Shown here: piece by piece, positions 31,952 through 40,158 of the stretch
How positions within the stretch are numbered: position 1 is the stretch's first letter
Layout of the letters: each line of letters opens with the position of its first letter
Assembly: GCA_964471835.1 (NCBI GenBank)
Contig: CAYYHX010000001.1
Location: forward strand, 1-44,109
Length of the DNA: 44,109 nucleotides
Origin: an uncultured Hungatella sp.
Lineage (GTDB): Bacteria > Bacillota > Clostridia > Lachnospirales > Lachnospiraceae
Direction of reading: 5' to 3'
The notes under the pieces: generated by a model
Database searches by the model: none
Told to the model about the DNA's origin: nothing
Seen by the model: the letters and a program-made list of their open reading frames with translations, nothing else
Made by a program: the position numbers and the translations under genes

Positions 31952-33556
31952 ATGAGGAAAAAACTGTTCAGCGTACTTCTGTGCGCGACTATGGCGGCAT
32001 CCGCGGTTCTGACCGGCTGCGGAGGGGGCGGCAGCGACAGCGGCAGCACCACGGCGGCCTCGACGACCGCGGCGGCAGGAGGCACGGAGACAACCGCGGC
32101 TTCCGGAGGCACGGAGACGACCGCCGCGCAGGCAGAAGCGGAGACGACCGCGGCAGGCGCGGGAGAAGAAAACGGAGGGGCAGCCGAGGCCGAGTCCGCG
32201 CTTCCGCCTCTGACCGAGGATGAGATCACTCTGACCTACATGAACTTTGACAACAAGGTTCTGACGGAGTATCTGGCGGAGAAGTTCACCGAGCTTCACC
32301 CCAACATCAAGGTCAATGTCATCTACGAGGTAGCGGGCGAGGACTATAACAACACACTGCTGAACCTGGTCAGCACGGGCCAGACCCCGGACTGCTTTAT
32401 GATCCTGGGCAACTGTGATTTCGCGCTGTCGAACGGCCTGCTCGGCGATATGACCGAGTACTGGGAGAACGACCCGGAGAATGACAACATCCTTCCGTCC
32501 ATCAACGGCGCGAAGCTGGGCTACTATGGTTCGAACCAGAAGCTGGCGACCCCGATCAAGTTCTTCCCGGACGCGATTTACGCCGATATGGCCGTGTTCG
32601 AGAAACTGAATGTGGAGATGCCTCCCACGGACTGGACCTGGGACGAGATGGTGCAGGCGTTCAAGGACGTCACGTCTCCTGACGAGGGCATCTACGGATT
32701 CAACCAGTTCCATTCCATCGTCACCTATTATCCGGTGGCGGCGAACCCGGACGCGATCGGTGAGTTCGGCTGGAACGGCAAGGAATTCAACATGACCGAC
32801 TGGGCGGTCGGCGTGAACACGCTGGCGGAGCTGATCAACGGCAAGTACCGCGCCCCGCAGACCGAGGACGAGCTGATCGCATGGCAGGGCTCCACGGACT
32901 GGGCGGCGTATTCCGGCAAGCTGGGCTTCCAGATCGACGCGTTCTGGACCTATCTGAACCTGTTCGACACCGACGATTACAGGAACAAGGGCATCGAATT
33001 CGTTCCCTACGCGACCCCTTCTGTCGAGGGCAACGATGTGAAGTATAAGTTCGGCGTTCTTGATTTCGGCGGCATTTCCTCCGGCACCGAGCATCCGAGA
33101 GAGGCTTATGAGCTTCTGAAGTTCATGGGCTGGGGCCTGGAAGGCTGGAAGTACAAGATGGAAGGCTACAAGACCCTGTTCGATGAGGAAGCCAATGCAT
33201 ACGTATGGCAGCAGTCCATGCCCTGCCCGCTGACGATGGATGAGGACATCTGGGCTGACTTCCAGGCGACCTTCTTCCCGTCCATGCATGACGACGGCGA
33301 CATCACCGAGAAGGATCAGAAGTACGGCAAGTACTTCGACGACTATTTCGCGGAGGTCCGCCACGGCGTGGTTCCGTTCGGCGACTGCCAGATCCCCGGC
33401 TTCGCGGCCTTTATCGCGGGCGCGTACGCGGGCGTAGAGGATTCCGTATTCTCCGGCCAGTCCAACGCCAACGACTGGGTGGCCGAGCTGACGCAGAAGG
33501 CGAACGAGTACAACAGGCAGGCCATGCAGGATGCGGGCCTGACCCCGGCGGAATAG
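31952..33556 (+). CDS. Lipoprotein sugar-binding protein of an ABC transporter
   Basis: Lipobox VLTGC; TETTAA linker repeats; FTELHPNIKV, PTDWTWDE, HPREAYELLKF. Confidence 0.9.
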   Translation: MRKKLFSVLLCATMAASAVLTGCGGGGSDSGSTTAASTTAAAGGTETTAASGGTETTAAQAEAETTAAGAGEENGGAAEAESALPPLTEDEITLTYMNFDNKVLTEYLAEKFTELHPNIKVNVIYEVAGEDYNNTLLNLVSTGQTPDCFMILGNCDFALSNGLLGDMTEYWENDPENDNILPSINGAKLGYYGSNQKLATPIKFFPDAIYADMAVFEKLNVEMPPTDWTWDEMVQAFKDVTSPDEGIYGFNQFHSIVTYYPVAANPDAIGEFGWNGKEFNMTDWAVGVNTLAELINGKYRAPQTEDELIAWQGSTDWAAYSGKLGFQIDAFWTYLNLFDTDDYRNKGIEFVPYATPSVEGNDVKYKFGVLDFGGISSGTEHPREAYELLKFMGWGLEGWKYKMEGYKTLFDEEANAYVWQQSMPCPLTMDEDIWADFQATFFPSMHDDGDITEKDQKYGKYFDDYFAEVRHGVVPFGDCQIPGFAAFIAGAYAGVEDSVFSGQSNANDWVAELTQKANEYNRQAMQDAGLTPAE

Positions 33557-33652
33557 GTATAAAAGACGCGGGGGCCGGGAAACGGCTTTGATGCCGGGGA
33601 ACTGTTTCGGTTCGGAAGATACGGTCTCGGCGCGCGTCAATCCGCACACAAT

Positions 33653-33686
33653 ACGGGAGGGGAGGAAACGCTCCCCTCCTGTTTTT
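33653..33686 (+). terminator. Intrinsic terminator
   Basis: ggaggggag-gaaacg-ctcccctcc-tgttttt. Confidence 0.8.
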
Positions 33687-33732
33687 CGTAACAGTCTGAA
33701 CTGTCAGGTTACGTTTTTTAAGAGGGCAGAAT

Positions 33733-34686
33733 ATGGAGAAAGAAATCGCTTGGAACCGGCCCTGGATCCTGCAGAGGGCGGACCCCTATATTTACAGACA
33801 CACGGACGGGACCTACTATTTCACGGCTTCGGTGCCGGAGTACGACCGGATCATCCTGCGGCACGCCGGCAGCCTGGGCGCTCTTCCCGGCGCGCCGGAA
33901 ACCACCGTCTGGCGGAAGCACCGCCGCGGCCCCGCGAGCCGCCATATCTGGGCGCCGGAACTTCACTGTCTGGATGGGAAATGGTATCTTTATTTCGCGG
34001 GGGGAGAACTGGACGATCCCTGGAAGATCCGGCCTTATGTGCTGGAATGCGGCGGCCCGGATCCGTTAGAAGATCCCTGGATCGAGAGAGGAAAGATGAA
34101 GCCGGCCCCGGAGGACCATTTCTCCTTCCGCGCATTCTCCCTGGACGCGACGGTGTTCGAGAACCGCGGAAGAAGGTACATGATCTGGGCGGAGAAGGTG
34201 GGCGTCGGCAGGCAGATTTCCAATCTCTATATCGCCGAGATGGAATCTCCCTGCCGGCTGAAAACCAGCCAGGTGCTCTTAAGCTCGCCGGATTACGACT
34301 GGGAGAGGGTCGGTTTCTGGGTCAATGAGGGACCGGCGGTGTTAAAACACGGCGGGCGGATCTTTGTCACCTATTCGGCAAGCGAAACCGGCGCGGCATA
34401 CTGCATGGGGATGCTCACGGCGGACGCGGACGCGGATCTCCTGGACCCGCGCTCCTGGACAAAGGAACGCGATCCGGTGCTTGCTTCCGACGCGGCGCGC
34501 GGGATCTACGGTCCGGGGCATAATTCGTTCACTACGGATGAGGAAGGCAATCCGGTTATGGTCTACCACGCCCGCACCGAGAGCAGGATAGAGGGGAACC
34601 CGCTGTACAACCCGAACCGCCACGCGATGCTGATGCGCGTTTCGTGGGACGGGGCCGGACGGCCGGTGTTCGGGAGTGGAATGTAG
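33733..34686 (+). CDS. Cytoplasmic GH43 alpha-L-arabinofuranosidase
   Basis: RADPY, WAPE, LDAT, VNEGP, GPGHNSF; no signal peptide. Confidence 0.88.
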   Translation: MEKEIAWNRPWILQRADPYIYRHTDGTYYFTASVPEYDRIILRHAGSLGALPGAPETTVWRKHRRGPASRHIWAPELHCLDGKWYLYFAGGELDDPWKIRPYVLECGGPDPLEDPWIERGKMKPAPEDHFSFRAFSLDATVFENRGRRYMIWAEKVGVGRQISNLYIAEMESPCRLKTSQVLLSSPDYDWERVGFWVNEGPAVLKHGGRIFVTYSASETGAAYCMGMLTADADADLLDPRSWTKERDPVLASDAARGIYGPGHNSFTTDEEGNPVMVYHARTESRIEGNPLYNPNRHAMLMRVSWDGAGRPVFGSGM

Positions 34687-34820
34687 GGGTGGGTCGCGCA
34701 GGAAACAATGCACGGATTAGCGGGCTGCGCGGCGGATTACCAGCGCTTGATTTGGTTTTCTCCGGTTCTGTCCGGTTTTATCCGTGTATATCAGCTCATA
34801 TCTGTGCATTGATTCCAGAG

Positions 34821-35036
34821 TTATTTCAGCGCATTGATCTCAGATCCTGAAAGACCGGTCAGCTCGATGATGAGATCTACGGGCATTTCTCTCCGGAGCA
34901 TTTTTTTAGCCGTTTCAACGGCGTTATTTCTCTCACCTTCGGCGATTCCTTCTTTTCGGCCCCTTGCCTCTCCCCTAGCTTCCCCTCTAGCTTCTCCCCT
35001 AAGTTCAGCTTCTCTCTGTTTCATCTGATAGATCAT
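34821..35036 (-). CDS. Putative nested in-frame small protein (RpnS-type, 71 aa)
   Basis: GGAGGG at 35050-35045, 8 nt upstream of an in-frame ATG at 35036 (MIYQMKQREAE...). Confidence 0.6.
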   Translation of the reverse strand: MIYQMKQREAELRGEARGEARGEARGRKEGIAEGERNNAVETAKKMLRREMPVDLIIELTGLSGSEINALK

Positions 35037-35846
35037 ATAGGAATCCCTCCAATCCTGGCTCATCTTCGCTGTTTTTACCGTCTGGTCGATCTTGCGGATC
35101 AGATCATCGCTGCTGTCATTTACGGGATAGCTGCGTGTGTCATTCATATATCGGAGCAATTCTCTTAGCCTCGGAGAAATGTTCCCGATATGTCCGGCTG
35201 TGTTGAAGAACAGTTTGTACGCGCCGTCATCCAGCGTGATTCGGTTCTCCTCGTCGCACCGGTTGCGGAAACTGTAACGATAGAAGTCCCGGCCGAACGG
35301 ATCGTATTTGCAGAGAAAGATCACGTAGCACGGCCTAAGTTCATCATAGGGTTCCCCGCGCTTGAGCTGAGAGATGTCAATGTGTGACTGGTACAGGCGA
35401 GAGCGCTGCGGCAGCGCTCTGTCGCCTGTGGTCTGCATCTCGATATCATAGATTGTTTTTCCGTCGTCCAGATAGACGTCCAGCCGGACGCCGCGGAAAC
35501 CGAAATAACCGGATACCGTTTTCTGTGTTTCCGGTTGTCCCTGCTGCTTCGCGGTATCCGCCGTGACTTCCGAGCCGCTTTCATCGAAGTGGATGTACCG
35601 GAGTTCCCGTATTCCGGTGCCGGGCAGCAGGTACTCTAAAAGTTCCATACAGATTTCCGGATCCTGCATGACGGTCGAGAACATATAGTCGTCTGTGATG
35701 TCAATTTTGTCATAATTTGATCCGGTGCCGGTCATTTGTTCTGGCTTGGCCGTTTGTCTGGGTTCAGTCGCTTTTTTGAGTTCAGTCGTTTGTCCGGGTT
35801 CAGCCGTCAATCCGTCCGCGCCCGACAGTTTCATTTTGTCAGTCAT
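34821..35846 (-). CDS. Rpn-family (YhgA-like) PD-(D/E)XK nuclease
   Basis: DDYMFSTVM, RGVRLDVY..YDIEMQ, RSRLYQS, YVIFLCKYDPF, RGEA repeats, ELTGLS tail; AGGAGG RBS. Confidence 0.9.
   Translation of the reverse strand: MTDKMKLSGADGLTAEPGQTTELKKATEPRQTAKPEQMTGTGSNYDKIDITDDYMFSTVMQDPEICMELLEYLLPGTGIRELRYIHFDESGSEVTADTAKQQGQPETQKTVSGYFGFRGVRLDVYLDDGKTIYDIEMQTTGDRALPQRSRLYQSHIDISQLKRGEPYDELRPCYVIFLCKYDPFGRDFYRYSFRNRCDEENRITLDDGAYKLFFNTAGHIGNISPRLRELLRYMNDTRSYPVNDSSDDLIRKIDQTVKTAKMSQDWRDSYMIYQMKQREAELRGEARGEARGEARGRKEGIAEGERNNAVETAKKMLRREMPVDLIIELTGLSGSEINALK
35732..35803 (-). repeat. 4 x 18-bp in-frame repeats extending the Rpn N-terminus
   Basis: ctgaacccggacaaacga / ctgaactcaaaaaagcga / ctgaacccagacaaacgg / ccaagccagaacaaatga. 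Confidence 0.75.
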
Positions 35847-36201
35847 TTTGCTTGTCCTCCTGTTGGGTTCCGGGATGTTCCGGGTGCGCGAAAACCGTTT
35901 CTCTTAAATAAGATACCATAATAGTGCTGCGAAATCAACGTGCCGGGTGGGAAAACCATGCTGACCGCAGATTGTCCGTTTCCAGGCCGCCCAAGCGTTG
36001 GCGTACGGCAATATCGAGCCGGAGTTCTGGTGCATTGCTTCCTAAGACTTTGCTGTAAGGAAAGAACTTTTGGAAATCAAATGCCCCGATCTTAAATTCG
36101 CAGAACAGTTTAGTCTTTAGCTGTTTCCTTGGAAGTTTGTCTATGTGATAGATTCTCTCCTCATCATTCGCCGCGTTTTGGCATGGTTGAATTTATTGCT
36201 C

Positions 36202-36236
36202 AAAAAGGGAATAAACCATTTATGATTTATTCCCTT
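36202..36236 (-). terminator. Terminator downstream of the rubrerythrin 3' fragment
   Basis: aagggaataaa-N10-tttattccctt with a T run on the minus strand. Confidence 0.7.
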
Positions 36237-36271
36237 CCTTTTGAGAAAACCCTTAAAATAAGCGATTTCGC

Positions 36272-36354
36272 TTAACCGAAATACCTCTTCAGCAGTCCCT
36301 CAAACGCCTTGCCGTGTCTCGCCTCGTCGCGGGCCATCTCGTGGACGGTATCAT
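36272..36354 (-). pseudogene. rbr: Orphan 3' end of a reverse rubrerythrin (NADH peroxidase) gene; attachment-site junction
   Basis: Minus strand reads [26 protein letters not shown], matching the C-terminus of clostridial Rbr3; GC-rich host-type codons; similarity stops where the AT-rich DNA begins. Confidence 0.85.
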
Positions 36355-36519
36355 AAGAATTCGTGGCAGAGATTTTGAGAAAAGTGGGTGCTTGTTAAGG
36401 AAAAGAAAGGGATAGAACAGGAAAACAAAGGTACACTTCTTCTTACAACTTTATAACGACTTTCAGGGAACTTTCTGTAAAAAGGTACAATACTAAAGTA
36501 CACCATACAGGAGGTTTTT

Positions 36520-37737
36520 ATGTCAGAAACGGGTTTTGCGGGAGTTTATCAGTTGGATAATGGGTATTGGGGTTACAGATATGCAATAGTCATAGGCGGC
36601 AAAAGAAAAGAAGCCAAAAAAGTTAGGAATGATGAAGGACAGCCATTTAAGACAGCTAGACAAGCGTTTAAAGCAAGAGAGAGGGCAATTATGCAAGCGC
36701 AATCGGTTGCATTGCCGCCACAAAAGAAAGTGTCAAAGAGGACAGTAAAAGAAGTATATCAAGAATATTGTGAGAAAGGCAGAAATGGGAAAGCATATGC
36801 GACTATTAGAAAACAAGATTCTCTGTGGAATAATCACCTTTGCGCTAAATTTGGGGAAAGATATGTTGATGATATTACGGTAGCGGAAATTCAAGATTAT
36901 CTGGAGGAACTTTATTATACAGACAATAGAGCATATTCTTATACAGAGTCCTTTTTGAAAATGTTTTATTTGATATTTGGCCAGGCCTATTCCAGAAACT
37001 ATATTGATGTAGATTACTACAACAAATTATGCGTAAACAAAGATACAAAAATTCATATGCCTAAATTGAAAATAGATGAAGATTTAGACATAGTTTTCTT
37101 TGATGATAAGGAAATAAATCAATTAGACAGTTATTTTAAAGGTACAAATGCGGAAACCGCTTATATGTTGGGGCGATACTGCGGATTGAGAATCAATGAA
37201 TGCTATGGTTTAAAATGGTGTAATGTGGATCTGGGAAGTGGAATTATCACAATAGATCGGCAAATGCAGTATCAAAATGGATTGATTAAATTGGTATCTC
37301 TGAAAACCAGAAATGCAAAAAGAAAAATTTATATGTGCAGCAAATTAAAAGAATATTTTAAGAATCTAAAAAGGCAGCAGGAGCAGGATAAAAAAGAATT
37401 GGCTTTGCAAAGGCAGCAGAACCAGACATTTATACAAGATTTGAATGGGAGTATGGTTTCTTCCCTTGAATTGGTCAATTCATTGTCTAATGGTAAAATA
37501 CAGACAGTAAACTCCATGAAATATCATTCCAGAGTCTTAAAAGAGAGTCAGGGCATTGTATTTAAATACCACTATTTGCGGCATACCTATGGGACAAATT
37601 TAGCTGCCTTAAATACACCAGAATATCTTCTATGTAATCAGATGGGGCATGCCAGCAGCAATGTTACACATAAGTATTATGTTGCTATCTCTGAAAAGGG
37701 TGTAGATGAACTGTTAAAGAATCTTGAAAAGATGTAA
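36520..37737 (+). CDS. int: Tyrosine recombinase/integrase
   Basis: Catalytic set GLRINE (R), LKT (K), HYLRH, MGH, THKYY; N-terminal arm-binding-like and SAM-like regions. Confidence 0.93.
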   Translation: MSETGFAGVYQLDNGYWGYRYAIVIGGKRKEAKKVRNDEGQPFKTARQAFKARERAIMQAQSVALPPQKKVSKRTVKEVYQEYCEKGRNGKAYATIRKQDSLWNNHLCAKFGERYVDDITVAEIQDYLEELYYTDNRAYSYTESFLKMFYLIFGQAYSRNYIDVDYYNKLCVNKDTKIHMPKLKIDEDLDIVFFDDKEINQLDSYFKGTNAETAYMLGRYCGLRINECYGLKWCNVDLGSGIITIDRQMQYQNGLIKLVSLKTRNAKRKIYMCSKLKEYFKNLKRQQEQDKKELALQRQQNQTFIQDLNGSMVSSLELVNSLSNGKIQTVNSMKYHSRVLKESQGIVFKYHYLRHTYGTNLAALNTPEYLLCNQMGHASSNVTHKYYVAISEKGVDELLKNLEKM

Positions 37738-37758
37738 TTGTATACAGTCGCATATAAA

Positions 37759-37821
37759 AATAGGGTGAATTTTTATTAAACCATTATATATTTAAAGAAT
37801 ATTAAAAAAATTCCCCCTATT
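37759..37821. promoter_or_regulatory. 16-bp inverted repeat (1 mismatch) upstream of the 76-aa ORF
   Basis: aatagggtgaattttt ... aaaaattccccctatt. Confidence 0.5.
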
Positions 37822-37842
37822 CTTCAAGGAAGGAGATAAAAA

Positions 37843-38073
37843 ATGGAAGAACTGTATTCAATTATGAGAGATTTATTGGAAGTAGAGTATAATCAGGAAT
37901 CTTTGGTATGTCTTTTAAAAGCAGTAGAAGTTGCATATTCTGATGAAAAACAGGCAGAAGATAAATTGATTGCCAACAGTGCAAAATATTATCTGCAAGG
38001 CTTACAAGAGGAATTAAGAGCGGCCATCAATCGAATGGATTCATATATAGCAGAAACCGCAAAGAATCAATAA
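37843..38073 (+). CDS. Hypothetical helical protein (76 aa)
   Basis: AAGGAG RBS; followed by a hairpin. Confidence 0.7.
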   Translation: MEELYSIMRDLLEVEYNQESLVCLLKAVEVAYSDEKQAEDKLIANSAKYYLQGLQEELRAAINRMDSYIAETAKNQ

Positions 38074-38076
38074 CAC

Positions 38077-38121
38077 AATAGGCAGCGGCATTATAGAATG
38101 TAAGAAATGCGGCTGCCTATT
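38077..38121. terminator. Bidirectional terminator-like hairpin
   Basis: aataggcagc..gcatt / aatgc..gctgcctatt between convergent genes. Confidence 0.7.
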
Positions 38122-38341
38122 TCTTTGGATATTCGCTTTTGATGTTGCTTGCACCTGAGATATAGTCCATGGAGACATTATAGAATCTGGCAAGGATCAT
38201 AAGGCTGTCAACAGGAATTCTGGTCTTGCCAGATTCATAGTCTGCATAAGTCCGCTGACCAACATGCAGCAGGTCGGCAACTTTCTGTTGAGTCAAGGAA
38301 GAATCTTCCCTGATTTCTCTGATTCTTTCATTGTATTTCAT
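38117..38341 (-). CDS. XRE-family HTH regulator
   Basis: RIREIRE..LTQQKVADLL..YADYESGKTRIP..YNVSMDYI. Confidence 0.92.
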   Translation of the reverse strand: MKYNERIREIREDSSLTQQKVADLLHVGQRTYADYESGKTRIPVDSLMILARFYNVSMDYISGASNIKSEYPKK

Positions 38342-38385
38342 GGTCTGTCACCTCGGAGATAGTATAAAAGAAAAGTAGAAAACAC

Positions 38386-38414
38386 TTGACAAATAGAGTT
38401 ATAAACTCTAAAAT
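38386..38414 (+). promoter_or_regulatory. Sigma-A promoter with a palindromic operator in its spacer
   Basis: TTGACA-N17-TAAAAT; TAGAGTT-ATA-AACTCTA at 38394-38410. Confidence 0.75.
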
Positions 38415-38491
38415 GGCAATATAAAGATGCCTGTGGCTTTGAAAAGCAGATGGAAGTTGATGAAAGTATGTTTAAAGGAGAGGAGTTTTAG

Positions 38492-38680
38492 ATGTGGAGG
38501 TATGTATTGAATATAAAAATGGGTACGATACATGACACAACGGCAGATTGCCCCGCAGCGCGGAAGATGAAGGAAGAAAATAAAAAATATTTTGAAAATT
38601 ACTTAGACGCCGTTAATTATTATGAAGGGAGAAAAAAGGGTCAACCTTGTGGGGTTTGCATGAGAAATAAGGATTTATAA
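38492..38680 (+). CDS. Small putative Zn-binding protein (Ada metal-binding-like)
   Basis: YVLN..G.IH....C ... PCGVC; AGGAG RBS. Confidence 0.6.
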   Translation: MWRYVLNIKMGTIHDTTADCPAARKMKEENKKYFENYLDAVNYYEGRKKGQPCGVCMRNKDL

Positions 38681-38715
38681 ATAAGTAAAAAGTAATAACG
38701 AAGGAGAAGAAAATC

Positions 38716-39969
38716 ATGGCTCAGTACAGGTGCGCAATATGCGGCAGCAGCAAAATTGTAGTAGAAAAAAAGCAAGAGGGATACAATAAGAAAAAGGGTA
38801 TATGGGGAACAATATTATTTGGTGCGGCAGGCGCTGTTGCAGGCGCAGGCGGAAATACTGTACTTTATTATCATTGCGGAGACTGCGGAGCGGTTTTGAA
38901 TCAACCTATGTCTGCGACTGATAAAGATTTTATTGATAATTGTCTGCAAAGTCCGGATACTTTTGGATTATGTTTGAGAGATTTAAAGAAAAAATATAAG
39001 AATATCGAATGGGAAGAACCTCCGGAAGAACCCGTTAAAAAAATGCCTAAAAAGGGATTATCAGAAGAAGAGATAGCTCCAATGATCAAAGAGTATATGA
39101 AGAAAGCAGGAAAGCCGGTCAAACTTTTTGATGCATACGGGGATATGGGAATTAGTGAAGATGATTCGTATACATATACTTGCGCAGTGGTTGATCTTTT
39201 TCATTACACGGGTGTTATAAAGCCGGTGAATATAGATGGGGATAAAGAGTATTTTGTCTATGTGAAGAGCGTTAAAGAAAGGGAATCTCTTGTGCTTAAA
39301 TATCAAGCAGAAAATTTAGCAGAGAAATTATACAGGGAGACAGAAGAGGATTATTCCGCATTGCTACGAGATATTTTGAAAAAACCGATGAAACTGGAAG
39401 AAATTGCGGATTATCTGAAAGAAAATAACTATCTGGAAGAAAAGGTAAAGAGCGCTGATGTGGAGAATCCTTTTGTTTTAGAGAGTTTTATCCAATGTTT
39501 TTTATATAAAGATGGCGTAACATGTGGAGATGGTCGAGTATCATATTATATTTGTGAAGATGATAAATACCGAGTTAAAACAGAGAATGAAATGGAAAAC
39601 GAGGTCGATGAAATGGAGCAGGAATACAATGATAGAGTAGAATGGTCGGTCAATAATATATTTAAACCTATCGTATCTGTTTTACAAAATAATAAAGAAC
39701 CAATGAGTACGATTGATTTATTAGAGGAACTGAATGAAATCGGAGTAATGGATAAATTTGACAAAGAACTGACAAGTTCAAGTTTGGCAGGAATAATGCG
39801 TTTTTTGCAAGAAGCTGGATTAGTAGCCAAAGAGAGGAAAAGGATAGGGTCTTATTATTGGTCCTTAAACAAAACATCAAAATCTGAAAAGACAATGGAT
39901 GAAAAGTTAGTGGAAGTAGTTAAATCAAGCGGTTACATAATAAGCGAAACCGCCTGGAGAGATTCATAG
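38716..39969 (+). CDS. Hypothetical protein: Zn ribbon around a Gly/Ala-rich hydrophobic segment, possible C-terminal wHTH
   Basis: CAICGS...GIWGTILFGAAGAVAGAGG...CGDCG; PMSTIDLLEEL...FLQEAGLV. Confidence 0.75.
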   Translation: MAQYRCAICGSSKIVVEKKQEGYNKKKGIWGTILFGAAGAVAGAGGNTVLYYHCGDCGAVLNQPMSATDKDFIDNCLQSPDTFGLCLRDLKKKYKNIEWEEPPEEPVKKMPKKGLSEEEIAPMIKEYMKKAGKPVKLFDAYGDMGISEDDSYTYTCAVVDLFHYTGVIKPVNIDGDKEYFVYVKSVKERESLVLKYQAENLAEKLYRETEEDYSALLRDILKKPMKLEEIADYLKENNYLEEKVKSADVENPFVLESFIQCFLYKDGVTCGDGRVSYYICEDDKYRVKTENEMENEVDEMEQEYNDRVEWSVNNIFKPIVSVLQNNKEPMSTIDLLEELNEIGVMDKFDKELTSSSLAGIMRFLQEAGLVAKERKRIGSYYWSLNKTSKSEKTMDEKLVEVVKSSGYIISETAWRDS

Positions 39970-40158
39970 GAATAATAAAACAAAAAGGGAAGAGTCTTTC
40001 ATTTGTCTTTTGGGAGAACTTGTTTTAAAGGAAAAGTGTAACATAAGTAACTATTGACGGATAAATCAGGAGATACCTTGTTATAAAGTGAAATTTTAAC
40101 AGACAGTACACTTTTCTGTCACTCAAAGAGGGAATCATTACGGATAGGCAGCAGGATT

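Noticed and set aside
34821-35846. rpn as an IS transposase
   Set aside because: No terminal inverted repeats or target duplication seen; the family is better explained as nucleases or toxin-antitoxin modules
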